From the NCBI GenBank assembly GCA_023379265.1, contig JAMCUI010000007.1, positions 14,780 to 78,779 of the forward strand: a stretch of 64,000 nt of DNA, written 5' to 3'. Positions 26,039 to 36,125 of this stretch are shown here, piece by piece. The notes under the pieces were generated by a model, which made no database searches, had not been told where the DNA came from, and saw only the letters and a list, made by a program, of their open reading frames with translations. The DNA is from Patescibacteria group bacterium. GTDB lineage: Bacteria; Patescibacteriota; Microgenomatia; 2-02-FULL-39-11. The position numbers and the translations under genes were made by a program. The first letter of the stretch is position 1; every line of letters begins with the position of its first letter.

Positions 26039-27353
26039 TGAAAATCACTCTCAGTTTCATAAAAAGTAAATATACAATAGACACGCAGACAAATGTCGGA
26101 AGGGATGCTCCCAGATCTGGCAGTTTTCTGGTAATAAACTGGTAGACTAAAATCCCAAAAACCCAAGATGACATTGCCAACCAATTAATTCCTTTTGAAA
26201 ACCAATACAGACCATGTCTGCTATAAAGCTCTTTTGTAGCTATATTTCCTTTATGTATAAAAAAATAGTCAGTAATAAGAATGGCAAAAAGAGGAATGAA
26301 TATTGACCCTATAAGATAAAGGAAATTCTCATACTGTGTAATATTCAGGAACATTGCGGAAATTAAAGAGAATATTCCCAAAAAAATAATAAGTGTCCGT
26401 TGCTTTATATGGGGAAAGATATTTTGTGTTGATACTGCTGAAGAGTATAAATCTGCCCAGGCTTCTTTTGTCTCGTCAACCAAAAGTATAAGAAGCGCCA
26501 GTGAACCGGCAGACAATAAAACCGCCTGAATGAATCCTATCGTCTCCTGGGTTATGGAAGTTGTCATAAGTATGACCGCGCCAACAGTATAAAGCCATAT
26601 ATTTGAGAGAAAATACCCCCAAAAAGACCCCCAAAAAGCATGCCTGTCGTTTTTTGCAAACCTATTAAAATCAGCAATCAAAGGCAACCAAGATATAGGC
26701 ATAGCAATCACTATATCCACCCCAGACCAGAAAGAGAGGCTACCATCTCCGGCTTTTCTCAAAAGTGTGGAAATATTGTTTCCGGCAAAAATATGATAAG
26801 TCAACCAAGCTGTAGTCAAAATCACAATCCACACGGCATACCTTTTGAGCCACTTTCTTACCACAGCCGTTACTCCCCCTATTCCCATTAGAATGACTAA
26901 AAAAGCAAATATAATGATACTTATGTAATAATTTCCAAATCCAAAGAGTGATTTTAGTATCGCCACTGCCGTCATGCCCATAACGACAAATTCAAAGATT
27001 GTCCAGCCAATAAGTTGTATCACATTAAAAAATGATGGTAACCATGATCCTCTTATGCCCAAAATCGATCTTAAAAGAACCATTGTTGGAGCATGAGTCC
27101 TGCTGCCCATAAGACCCACAGCTGCCAAAAGTATGCATCCGACAAAAGAACCTATGATAATTGCGGTAAATGCCTGAAAAAAACCAAGCCCCGGAGAAAG
27201 AAAACTGCCTGCCAAAAGAACAAGAAGACCCATACCCAAATCTCCCCACAGGACAAAATAATCAAAGAAACCAAGTATCTGATATTTTTGGGGTACAGGC
27301 TCAATCCCCCATTCCGGGAGGGACCTGACAATCTGAATTTTCTTTTTACTCAT
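26028..27353 (-). CDS. cytX: NCS1-family permease, candidate hydroxymethylpyrimidine transporter CytX
   Basis: 441 aa with about 12 TM helices. It is the first gene after the TPP riboswitch and is co-operonic with thiE/thiM/thiL/thiD, the classical CytX context. Confidence 0.55.
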   Translation of the reverse strand: MSKKKIQIVRSLPEWGIEPVPQKYQILGFFDYFVLWGDLGMGLLVLLAGSFLSPGLGFFQAFTAIIIGSFVGCILLAAVGLMGSRTHAPTMVLLRSILGIRGSWLPSFFNVIQLIGWTIFEFVVMGMTAVAILKSLFGFGNYYISIIIFAFLVILMGIGGVTAVVRKWLKRYAVWIVILTTAWLTYHIFAGNNISTLLRKAGDGSLSFWSGVDIVIAMPISWLPLIADFNRFAKNDRHAFWGSFWGYFLSNIWLYTVGAVILMTTSITQETIGFIQAVLLSAGSLALLILLVDETKEAWADLYSSAVSTQNIFPHIKQRTLIIFLGIFSLISAMFLNITQYENFLYLIGSIFIPLFAILITDYFFIHKGNIATKELYSRHGLYWFSKGINWLAMSSWVFGILVYQFITRKLPDLGASLPTFVCVSIVYLLFMKLRVIFNEY

Positions 27354-27380
27354 ATGGATTCGTCGCTTTGCTTCTCACAT

Positions 27381-27405
27381 AAAAAAACCATTCCGCAAGG
27401 AATGG
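27381..27405 (-). terminator. intrinsic terminator (TPP riboswitch expression platform)
   Basis: On the minus strand: CCAUUCC-UUGC-GGAAUGG followed by UUUUUUUAU, immediately 5' of the cytX start. Confidence 0.6.
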
Positions 27406-27520
27406 CTGTATATTTTCCCTGCGTTGGCATTATCCAAATCAGGTTATATGGGTCATCCCGATATATTTCGAGAACTCTCAGCCTGATTTCCATCAAGCTC
27501 CCCATTTAATAATTAATATT
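27405..27520 (-). ncRNA. TPP (THI-box) riboswitch
   Basis: Minus-strand RNA contains GGGGAGC...GGCUGAGA...GAUGACCC...AACCUGAUUUGGAUAAUGCCAACGCAGGGA. This is a near-consensus THI element (CUGAGA; ACCUGAUCUGGAUAAUGCCAGCGUAGGGA). Confidence 0.85.
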
Positions 27521-27603
27521 CTAATCCTCAAAAAAGACTAAGTCAACGTCTTAAAATAATTAAAAGTCTTGAGAAGAATAACCGTTTCCGCTAATATTAC
27601 TCT

Positions 27604-28161
27604 ATGAATACACCTATTACTATTCCCGAAGTAAGAAACATTACCGTCTCAGGACACGCAGCAAGTGGCGCCACCACCCTTTCCAAAGCGCTTGGTGAAA
27701 AACTTGGTTGGCAGGTGATAAACGGAGGAGAAATTTACCGCGAGTACGCCAGGAAAAACGGCATACCTCTGGAACAAACCGGTCAATCTTCTGATGAATA
27801 CCATCTACAACTGGACAATTTCATCAAAGAAAAATTAAAAAAGGAGAAAAACCTTATTGTAGAATCATGGCTTTCCGGTTTTGATGCCAAAAATATAGAA
27901 GGCGTCTTTAAAATATTCGTCACTTGCTCAGACGATTCACTCCGGGCAAAAAGAATTGTTAAGAGGGATAAAATGTCTCTTGAAAAAGCAATAATTCATC
28001 TGAAAACCCGAGAAGGGGAAAACCTGAAAAAATGGGATAAGCTGTATCACTCAAGAGAGTTCTGGAATCCTAAAATATACAACATTGTCATTGATACTTA
28101 TAAAACCAATCCTACTGAAACACTCAATCTCGCTTTAGTAGCACTTGGGGTAACCGGGTAA
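27604..28161 (+). CDS. cytidylate-kinase-like P-loop NTPase
   Basis: 185 aa. P-loop ITVSGHAASGATTLSKALGEKLG and a size typical of archaeal-type CMP kinase-like family proteins. Confidence 0.45.
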   Translation: MNTPITIPEVRNITVSGHAASGATTLSKALGEKLGWQVINGGEIYREYARKNGIPLEQTGQSSDEYHLQLDNFIKEKLKKEKNLIVESWLSGFDAKNIEGVFKIFVTCSDDSLRAKRIVKRDKMSLEKAIIHLKTREGENLKKWDKLYHSREFWNPKIYNIVIDTYKTNPTETLNLALVALGVTG

Positions 28162-28234
28162 AAAACGAGGAAGGTGAAAATTTTGTCTGAAAATTTCCAA
28201 TACAAGCTTTTGATGTAAAAGGATTGTTCAAAAT

Positions 28235-29719
28235 TTACTGAGGTTTGTTCAGAACTATGGGTTTGAGACGAGACATGGCTTCAAGCGTATAACGTATCCC
28301 CTGGACCCCTGAGCCGCTTCCCTTTATCCCAAGAAAAGGAAAATGGTCAGGACCTCTTTGAGGTTTACTGTTTATCTGAACTGTACCTACATCAACAATT
28401 TGGGCCAACTTTATACCAGCCCCCTCATCACTTGTAAAAACTGATGCCTGCAGACCGTAATTTGACTCTCTTATGATTTTTACCGCTTCATCTACTGAAT
28501 TTATTCTTATAAAAGAGACAACTGGCCCGAATGTTTCTGTCTGAATTATCTCCATTGACGATTTTACCATATCTAATATCGTAGGCTCTATATACCTACC
28601 ATCTCTTTTTCCACCTACCACAACCTTTGCACCATCGGCTTTGGCTTTCAATATTCTTTTTTCAATAGTCTGGGCAGAACTATCTGAAATGACCGGACCC
28701 ATGTTGAATTTTTCTTCCCTAGGATCACCCATTTTCATTATTTCTTTTGTTTTTACAACCACAAGCGGCAGGAGTTCATCAATCGTAGAAGACATCCCCA
28801 ATACATACTTTATGGCGGTACATCTTTGACCGGCAAAAGAAAAAGCGCCTTTGACTATTTCGGTTGCAGTAAACTGTAAGTCAGCATCAGGCAATACAAT
28901 TGCCGGATTATTTCCACCGCACTCAAAAAGTATTGGAATCATACCTATTTCTTCAGCAATTGATTTACCCACTTGTGAAGAACCGGTAAACGTAACCATG
29001 TCAATTCCCTGATGAACACAAAGATAATTGCCTGTATCTTCTCCTCTACCGGTTACAATCACTATCAATCCTTTAGGCAATCCTGCCTGATAAAAAATTT
29101 GGGCAAGGTGCAAACCGGATATACCACCTTGTGAAGGAGGCTTAAAGACGACCGCATTTCCCATTATAAGTGCTGGGGCAATCTTTGAAACGGCAAGATT
29201 TACCGGGTAGTTAAAAGGAGCAATTGCCAAAACGGTTCCCAAAGGCACGCGTTCCACTATCGCCATTTTCGTCTGATCATATCCCGGAAATACCTCGCCT
29301 GATAACTCCTCACCAGTCACATGTAATCCTTCATTGGCAAAGTAATCTATCATGTCTGCACTTCTTAAAATTTCATCCTTTGCTTCTGAAAAAGGTTTAC
29401 CTATTTCTCTTATAAGTGTTGTAGTAAGATAATGCTCATGCTGCCTTATCCAGTCAGCGGCAAGATGTAATATTTTTGCCCTTTTTATCATGGGAATGGA
29501 CTTCCACGAAAGTTGTGCTTCTTTCGCTCTGTCAATCGCCTGGTCAATCTCTGAATGGGAAACTTCTTGTATTTTCCCCATGACTTTGCCGTCAATCGGT
29601 GAAACAACGTCGATGGTTTTTCCTGAAAGCGAAACTGTCCATTTCTCTCCGTCAAAATAGTTGTATGTAGCCGGAGATTTGCCGTCAGCGATTTCCGAAA
29701 AATAATTATTGTATGCCAT
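28235..29719 (-). CDS. NAD(P)-dependent aldehyde dehydrogenase (GapN-like non-phosphorylating family)
   Basis: 494 aa. ALDH glutamate and cysteine active-site regions (ECGGNNP; GQRCTA) and the FTGSSQVGK NAD-binding segment. Confidence 0.7.
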   Translation of the reverse strand: MAYNNYFSEIADGKSPATYNYFDGEKWTVSLSGKTIDVVSPIDGKVMGKIQEVSHSEIDQAIDRAKEAQLSWKSIPMIKRAKILHLAADWIRQHEHYLTTTLIREIGKPFSEAKDEILRSADMIDYFANEGLHVTGEELSGEVFPGYDQTKMAIVERVPLGTVLAIAPFNYPVNLAVSKIAPALIMGNAVVFKPPSQGGISGLHLAQIFYQAGLPKGLIVIVTGRGEDTGNYLCVHQGIDMVTFTGSSQVGKSIAEEIGMIPILFECGGNNPAIVLPDADLQFTATEIVKGAFSFAGQRCTAIKYVLGMSSTIDELLPLVVVKTKEIMKMGDPREEKFNMGPVISDSSAQTIEKRILKAKADGAKVVVGGKRDGRYIEPTILDMVKSSMEIIQTETFGPVVSFIRINSVDEAVKIIRESNYGLQASVFTSDEGAGIKLAQIVDVGTVQINSKPQRGPDHFPFLGIKGSGSGVQGIRYTLEAMSRLKPIVLNKPQ

Positions 29720-29745
29720 ATTACACTACGATAGCAAAAAGGGTA

Positions 29746-30207
29746 TTATCGTACAACCTTAATCCCGCCTGATTCCAACATGATAGTCACCGGTCCGTCA
29801 TTAACCAAACTAATATTCATATAAGCCCCAAATTCGCCAGTTGCTACTTTCCGCACACCCAAATCTTTTAATTTTTTAATAAAAGACTCATAAAGAATTT
29901 TTGCTCTTTCCGGTTTGCCCGCTTTTATGAAAGAAGGTCTTCGACCCACACCAGTATCGGCATATAAAGTGAATTGCGATACCACCAATATCTCACCGTT
30001 TACATCCAAAATAGACAAATTCATCCTGTCTTCTGCATCACTCATAATCCGCAAATTTACAGTTTTTTCGGCTAATACATCTGAATCTCCTTCATAATCT
30101 CCCTCTTTTACTCCCAATAAAATTAGATAACCTTTTCCTATTTCTCCTACAATTTTATTGCCAATATAAACTTTTGCAGAGGTTACCCTTTGGATAAGTA
30201 CGCGCAT
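29746..30207 (-). CDS. dtd: D-aminoacyl-tRNA deacylase
   Basis: MRVLIQRVTSAKV...GYLILLGV... is the canonical Dtd N-terminus. The real start is most likely the internal Met (MRVLIQRV) rather than the longer ORF in the track. Confidence 0.8.
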   Translation of the reverse strand: MRVLIQRVTSAKVYIGNKIVGEIGKGYLILLGVKEGDYEGDSDVLAEKTVNLRIMSDAEDRMNLSILDVNGEILVVSQFTLYADTGVGRRPSFIKAGKPERAKILYESFIKKLKDLGVRKVATGEFGAYMNISLVNDGPVTIMLESGGIKVVR

Positions 30208-30208
30208 T

Positions 30209-31243
30209 TTAGTTGGTAAATTCCTGTACAAACATTTCCCCATAAATTCCGCCATCCATTACCCCTACGCCCACTTTATGGAATTCTGGAGAAAGTATGT
30301 TTGCACGGTGTCCGGGACTGTTCATAAGACCCTGAAAGGCTAAATCCACATTTGGCGCTAGCGCCAAATTTTCTCCTGCGGAAAGAAAACTTATTCCTGC
30401 TTTTTGCATCCGGTCAAAGGGAGATTGTCCTTCCGGATTGTAATGGGAGAAATATCCCCTAGCAAACATGTCTTTGGCGTACGCGCGAGCAAGATCCCGC
30501 AACCTATAATCAAGAGACAATCCCCTCAAACCGTTCTGCACCCGAGCCTGATTTACCAAATTCAGCATTGTAGTCTCAGCAGTTTCATCAACGGAAACAT
30601 TCTTTTGTGTAAAGTTTAGATTGACTTTTTCCTCTGATTGGGGATTTGGATTTATAGTGATGAAATTAAGAGTCTCGTTTACTGCCTGTCCAAAAACAAT
30701 ATTAAGAGTACTTTCGATACCTTGAGTTTTGGCAACCAGGATTCCACCAATCCTTGATGAGATAATATCTTTTTTTACACTTCCTTTTATGGGCAAAGCG
30801 ATCAGAAGAGTCAGTATAAAAGCTACAAATATGACCGCTTCCCCCATTGCAGGAATAAGTCCTAATGCTTTATTGACCAGGATGGAATATGAGTAAAGTT
30901 TCTGTTTTTTTAACCCGTCAATAAACTTGGGATATACTTTGCCGTATAAAAAATTTATTAGTGTGGAAAAAACCAGTTCAAATATAAACCCAACAAGTAA
31001 AAATCCTGCAGCATTGGCAATTCCACGGGATAGGGAAAAATTGCTCACAATAAGATCAGCAACAATATTGTAAAATTTCAAGGATCCGATAAATGAAAGC
31101 AAAAATCCTCCCAAATCCACCAATCCCAAAAGCAAACCTCTCCCCCATCCCTCAAGAAGATAAAAAATAAAAACTAGAATTATGATTAGGTCTACCCAAT
31201 TACCATGTAGAGAAAAATTTTGCATATAGACCGTAACAAACAA
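30209..31243 (-). CDS. CvpA-family membrane domain fused to a CAP/SCP (PR-1-like) domain
   Basis: 344 aa. The N-terminal four-TM region resembles colicin V production protein CvpA. The C-terminal GYFSHYNPEG...GENLA...GHRANIL matches CAP-domain (YkwD-like) motifs. Confidence 0.55.
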   Translation of the reverse strand: MFVTVYMQNFSLHGNWVDLIIILVFIFYLLEGWGRGLLLGLVDLGGFLLSFIGSLKFYNIVADLIVSNFSLSRGIANAAGFLLVGFIFELVFSTLINFLYGKVYPKFIDGLKKQKLYSYSILVNKALGLIPAMGEAVIFVAFILTLLIALPIKGSVKKDIISSRIGGILVAKTQGIESTLNIVFGQAVNETLNFITINPNPQSEEKVNLNFTQKNVSVDETAETTMLNLVNQARVQNGLRGLSLDYRLRDLARAYAKDMFARGYFSHYNPEGQSPFDRMQKAGISFLSAGENLALAPNVDLAFQGLMNSPGHRANILSPEFHKVGVGVMDGGIYGEMFVQEFTN

Positions 31244-31377
31244 ACCAATAGTTATCCATATACAACCTTGCTATTTCCATGGAGAAATCTGCTCTGTATA
31301 TTACATTAAGGAACTACACGTATTGATAACAAATCTAAAATCCGTCCGGATAATATTGTATAATAAAAAACCCTTTT

Positions 31378-33627
31378 ATGAAAAACGGAATTTTTGTGAA
31401 AGCCGGAAAACTGAAGTCAAAGCAGATATTCTACAAAAAGAAATTCATTTTTATTATTGTAGTGGCTATGTTATGCCTATCGTCGATTTATTACCTTTTT
31501 TCTATATTAAAGGATTTACCTTCTCCTACCAAACTTTCTCTTCGGGAAGTCCCTCAAACGACAAAAATTTTTGACAGAAACGGTACCCTTTTATACAACA
31601 TATATGCCAACCAGAATAGGACATTAGTAAAACTAGCAGTTATTCCAATCTCCCTCCGAGAGGCAACTATAGCTATTGAGGATAAAGATTTTTATAAACA
31701 TGGCGGCATAGATCCCATAGGTGGAATCATAAGAGCAGTACGTGACACTCTGTTACGCAGACAACTTCAAGGAGGTTCTACTATAACTCAACAACTGGTC
31801 AAAAATGCTCTTTTAACACCTGAACGAACCGTTACAAGAAAAATTAGAGAAATTATTCTCTCATACTGGACTGAAAAATTGTATTCCAAGGACCAAATTC
31901 TTGAAATGTATCTCAATCAGGTCCCCTATGGCGGTACAGCCTGGGGGATAGAAGCTGCCGCCCAAACTTATTTTGGCATACACGCTAAAGATCTTGATCT
32001 GGCACAATCTACTCTTCTTGCTGGCCTACCACAAGCTCCGACAATTTATTCTCCTTTCGGAGCTCATCCTGAATACGCTATCCAACGACAAAGGGAAGTA
32101 CTACAAAGAATGGTTGATGATGGATACATTGGAAAAGATCAGATGGAAAAAGCCGAAAACGAAATTTTACATTTCCGCCCCCAACAGACAGACATTAAAG
32201 CTCCACACTTTGTAATGTATATCAAAGAACAATTGGTGAATAAATATGGTGAAAAAATAGTCGAACAGGGAGGGTTGAAAGTCACAACCACACTTGACCT
32301 TCCTCTTCAAGAAATGGCCCAGGACACTGTTGCCAGTGAAGTAGCGAAACTGAAAGCCTTAAACGTCAGCAATGGAGCCGTTGTAATAACAAGACCTACA
32401 ACCGGGGAAATTCTGGCTATGGTAGGTTCAAAAGATTATTTTGCCTCTGATTCTGGAAATTTCAACGTCACGACTGCTCTTCGACAACCAGGATCTTCAA
32501 TCAAACCTATAAACTATGCCATCGGTCTGGAATCACATAAAGTCACTGCATCCACGGTTTTTCTTGACACTCCCACTTGTTTTGACGTAGCTGGACAAAA
32601 GCCGTATTGTCCGGTAAATTATGACGGTAAATTCCACGGACCAGTGCAACTCCGCTTTGCTCTGGGAAATTCCATAAATATACCTGCGGTAAAAATGATG
32701 GCCGTCAACAGTGTTAAAACCATGATAGCAACGGCCTCTGCCATGGGTATCACTACCTATAAAGACCCATCAAAATATGGACTGTCTTTGACTTTGGGGG
32801 GAGGAGATGTCACTATGCTTGATATGGCCCAAGCTTATGGAGTCTTTGCAAACACCGGTATTAGGCGCGATCTAATCTCAATTCTGAAAGTAGAGGATAA
32901 TAATGGAAAAACACTGGAAGAATATAAAGATCCTAATTTCGTCAAAGATGTGGAAAAACCGTTAAACTACCCTTCTTCTATACTTATTTCAGGTCCAAGA
33001 ATTTTTTCCATGGAAACGTCATTTCTTATTTCACACATTCTTCTTGATAATAACGCCCGCACTATGGAATTTGGCCCCGACTCTGCCCTTGTCATACCGA
33101 AACATGCCGTTTCCGTCAAAACCGGTACGACTGATGATAAACGTGACAACTGGACAATAGGCTATACTCCGAATTTTCTGGTAGCCACATGGGTAGGCAA
33201 TAATGACAATTCTCCGATGAATCCGTTTCTTGCATCGGGTATAACGGGAGCTGCTCCAATATGGAACAAAGTGATGACGTCCGTTTTAAAAAATCAGCCC
33301 GATATTTGGCCTCGACAACCGGACGGTATAGTCGGGGCGCAAATTTGCTCATTATCAGGACTGACACCTCCAAATTCCGATCCCAACGCTTCAGATAAAG
33401 GTTGTGCAACACGTTATGAGTATTTCATAAAAGGAACGGTCCCAACCGAACCAGAACATCTTGAGCAAACTATTGCCGTTGACAAAACTACGCATAAAAT
33501 GGCTTCGCCTAATCAGACAGATAACGTTTCCATGGAACAACACCAGGTCGTGTCTGATATGTTTGGTAAATATTGTCTTGACTGTTCTCATGATGGAGGC
33601 GATCCAATAACTAACATAAAACTTTGA
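31378..33627 (+). CDS. class A penicillin-binding protein (bifunctional glycosyltransferase/transpeptidase, PBP1A-like)
   Basis: 749 aa. GT51 motifs EDKDFYKHGGID and GGSTITQQL. Transpeptidase SSIKP (SxxK), SIN, KTGT. Confidence 0.85.
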   Translation: MKNGIFVKAGKLKSKQIFYKKKFIFIIVVAMLCLSSIYYLFSILKDLPSPTKLSLREVPQTTKIFDRNGTLLYNIYANQNRTLVKLAVIPISLREATIAIEDKDFYKHGGIDPIGGIIRAVRDTLLRRQLQGGSTITQQLVKNALLTPERTVTRKIREIILSYWTEKLYSKDQILEMYLNQVPYGGTAWGIEAAAQTYFGIHAKDLDLAQSTLLAGLPQAPTIYSPFGAHPEYAIQRQREVLQRMVDDGYIGKDQMEKAENEILHFRPQQTDIKAPHFVMYIKEQLVNKYGEKIVEQGGLKVTTTLDLPLQEMAQDTVASEVAKLKALNVSNGAVVITRPTTGEILAMVGSKDYFASDSGNFNVTTALRQPGSSIKPINYAIGLESHKVTASTVFLDTPTCFDVAGQKPYCPVNYDGKFHGPVQLRFALGNSINIPAVKMMAVNSVKTMIATASAMGITTYKDPSKYGLSLTLGGGDVTMLDMAQAYGVFANTGIRRDLISILKVEDNNGKTLEEYKDPNFVKDVEKPLNYPSSILISGPRIFSMETSFLISHILLDNNARTMEFGPDSALVIPKHAVSVKTGTTDDKRDNWTIGYTPNFLVATWVGNNDNSPMNPFLASGITGAAPIWNKVMTSVLKNQPDIWPRQPDGIVGAQICSLSGLTPPNSDPNASDKGCATRYEYFIKGTVPTEPEHLEQTIAVDKTTHKMASPNQTDNVSMEQHQVVSDMFGKYCLDCSHDGGDPITNIKL

Positions 33628-33734
33628 TCTCATACGCTAATAAACACCTCATCAACTGTTCTCACGAAATAGGAAATCTAGTAAATAATATTAGTCTTTA
33701 ACTTTCCCCTCACTCTTTACACACCCTATAATGT

Positions 33735-36110
33735 GTGATATATTTTCTCACCATGGTAAAAAGACCGTCACAACGTGATTATAAGACGAATAAAACAAAT
33801 GTTTTAGCCTTAATCTTTCTCTTACCGATATTATTCCTAAAATGGATCGGTGACCTCATTATTTTCCCATTCAAAAAAATACCATCACTTGTCTATAAGA
33901 CCTATATTATTTTGGGGGCATCAATAAGTAAAATACTGATCTTGCTCAAACTTTCCTTGGCAAAGATTAAATTCAAACCGCCAGCTATAAAAGTAAAACC
34001 ACAAACCAAACCCGTAATAATCTTTAGAAAAAGACATACTCTGGAAGACATAAGAGATAAAATCTCAATCTTACAGCAAAAAATTAACTCATTTCGTATT
34101 CCCTGGCCCTCCATGCAAAAATCCATAAAAATAAAAAGAGCGATAAAACTGCTGATTATTAAAATTAAATATTTTTTCCTTGGAGCGTTAGCGGTTGCCA
34201 TCATCGCAACCGCTTTAGAACTAAACAGTGAAATCCAGTCGCTGCCGAATCCTATTTTTCTTTCCAACCGTGCCGTACCCACTACCACAAAAATTTATGA
34301 TAGAAACGGAAAACTTTTATACGAAATTTATGCTGATGAAAACCGCACACCTGTCAAGCTGTCAGAAGTCCCGTTGATAGTTAAGGAAGCTACTGTTGCA
34401 GTAGAAGATAAAGGCTTTTATAACCACGGAGGTTTTTCTATCCCGGGAATTGTCAGGGCCGCTCTTCATGATATAAATTCATCCAATCTAGAAGGAGGTT
34501 CCACAATTACACAACAACTTGTCAGAAGCGCCCTTCTTACACCTGAAAAAACTTTTGAGAGAAAACTGAAAGAGATTGTTCTTTCTGTATGGGCAGAACA
34601 AATTTATTCCAAAGACCAGATTCTAGAAATGTATCTCAACCAGGTCCCTTACGGCGGGACTGCATGGGGAATAGAAGCTGCTTCAGAAACATATTTCGGT
34701 AAAAAGGTCCAAAATCTGACACTACCTCAAGCCGCACTTATAGCAGGGCTACCTGCAGCGCCAACGCTTTACTCCCCTTTTGGAACACGCCCTGAGCTTG
34801 CGAAAGTAAGACAGGAGGAAGTATTAGATGAAATGGTAAAAAGTGGTTACATTTCAGCTCAAGAAGCACAACAGGCAAAAAATGAACCTCTAAATCTACG
34901 AAAACCCTCAGTACCTATTGCAGCTCCACATTTTGTCATGTACGTCAAGGATTTACTGGAAGAACAATACGGACCCAGATTGGTAGAAATGGGAGGCCTG
35001 CGTGTCACAACAACACTTGACCTTTCCATACAGGAAATGGCGCAAAAAATCGTCACTAACAACATAGAAAATCTGAAATCGCTGAATGTAGGTAATGGAG
35101 CGGTGCTTATCACTGATCCAAAAAATGGGCAAATATTAGCTATGGTTGGATCAGCCAATTATTTTGATAAAAATTCCGACGGAAATGTAAATCTTACCAC
35201 AGCACTTCGTCAACCTGGTTCGTCAATAAAAGTTGTCAATTACGCTAAAGCTCTAAGCATGGGTTATACAGCTGCAACTATTATCAATGATTCACCGGTT
35301 ACATTCACTTCGCCAGGTGCGCCTTCTTACTCACCTGTAAACTACGATGGTAAATTCCATGGAAATGTACCTTTAAGGGTGGCATTGGCATCATCCTTTA
35401 ACATTCCAGCGGTTAAAGTTTTGACGGCAATTGGTGTAAAAAATATGATTGAACAGGGAAAACTTATGGGGATTACCACCTGGAACAATGACAGTCTTTA
35501 TGGTCTATCACTGACTCTTGGAGCAGCTGATGTCACAATGATTGACATGACCAAAGTCTATGGAACTTTGGCTGACAATGGAATAAAACATGATCTGACG
35601 CCTTTTTTGAAAATCGAAAACTACAGGGGAGAAATTCTTCCTTCTCCGATCACTGATAATGAGACACAGGCAGTATCACCTGGTATAAGCTTTATTCTTT
35701 CAAGTATATTATCCGACAACAACGCTCGAATCCCGGCTTTCGGCCCCAACTCGTCACTTGTCATCCCCGGTAAAACCGTAGCCGTCAAAACAGGCACCAG
35801 TGACAATAAAAGAGACAATTGGACAATAGGCTATACGCCCGATTATGTTGTTGCCGCATGGGTAGGCAATAATGACAATTCTCCGATGAATCCACTTCTC
35901 ACTTCGGGAATCACTGGCGCAGCTCCAATCTGGCACGACATCATGGTTAACCTGCTTTCAAATACCCCTGATAAACCATTCTCGCCACCGTCAGATATCA
36001 TTTCTATACCATGTTATGGACATATTGAATATTTTATCCAGGGCACAGAACCAAAAGGTGGCTGTATTCTACCTCCTACAAACATTCCCAAACCTACAGA
36101 TAAACAATAA
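33735..36110 (+). CDS. class A penicillin-binding protein paralogue with extended N-terminal region
   Basis: 791 aa. GT51 (EDKGFYNHGGFS, GGSTITQQL) and TP (SSIKV, SFN, KTGT) motifs. The core is about 55-60% identical by eye to the upstream PBP. It has a ~150-aa basic, hydrophobic N-terminal extension before the TM. Confidence 0.85.
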   Translation: MIYFLTMVKRPSQRDYKTNKTNVLALIFLLPILFLKWIGDLIIFPFKKIPSLVYKTYIILGASISKILILLKLSLAKIKFKPPAIKVKPQTKPVIIFRKRHTLEDIRDKISILQQKINSFRIPWPSMQKSIKIKRAIKLLIIKIKYFFLGALAVAIIATALELNSEIQSLPNPIFLSNRAVPTTTKIYDRNGKLLYEIYADENRTPVKLSEVPLIVKEATVAVEDKGFYNHGGFSIPGIVRAALHDINSSNLEGGSTITQQLVRSALLTPEKTFERKLKEIVLSVWAEQIYSKDQILEMYLNQVPYGGTAWGIEAASETYFGKKVQNLTLPQAALIAGLPAAPTLYSPFGTRPELAKVRQEEVLDEMVKSGYISAQEAQQAKNEPLNLRKPSVPIAAPHFVMYVKDLLEEQYGPRLVEMGGLRVTTTLDLSIQEMAQKIVTNNIENLKSLNVGNGAVLITDPKNGQILAMVGSANYFDKNSDGNVNLTTALRQPGSSIKVVNYAKALSMGYTAATIINDSPVTFTSPGAPSYSPVNYDGKFHGNVPLRVALASSFNIPAVKVLTAIGVKNMIEQGKLMGITTWNNDSLYGLSLTLGAADVTMIDMTKVYGTLADNGIKHDLTPFLKIENYRGEILPSPITDNETQAVSPGISFILSSILSDNNARIPAFGPNSSLVIPGKTVAVKTGTSDNKRDNWTIGYTPDYVVAAWVGNNDNSPMNPLLTSGITGAAPIWHDIMVNLLSNTPDKPFSPPSDIISIPCYGHIEYFIQGTEPKGGCILPPTNIPKPTDKQ

Positions 36111-36125
36111 AACTACAAATCGAGT

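Noticed and set aside
29746-30255. Longer Dtd ORF beginning MAEFMGKCLYRNLPTK...
   Set aside because: The conserved Dtd N-terminus (MRVLIQRV) begins at the internal Met. The 16-codon extension overlaps the upstream gene end and is not conserved in the family. The shorter call was used.
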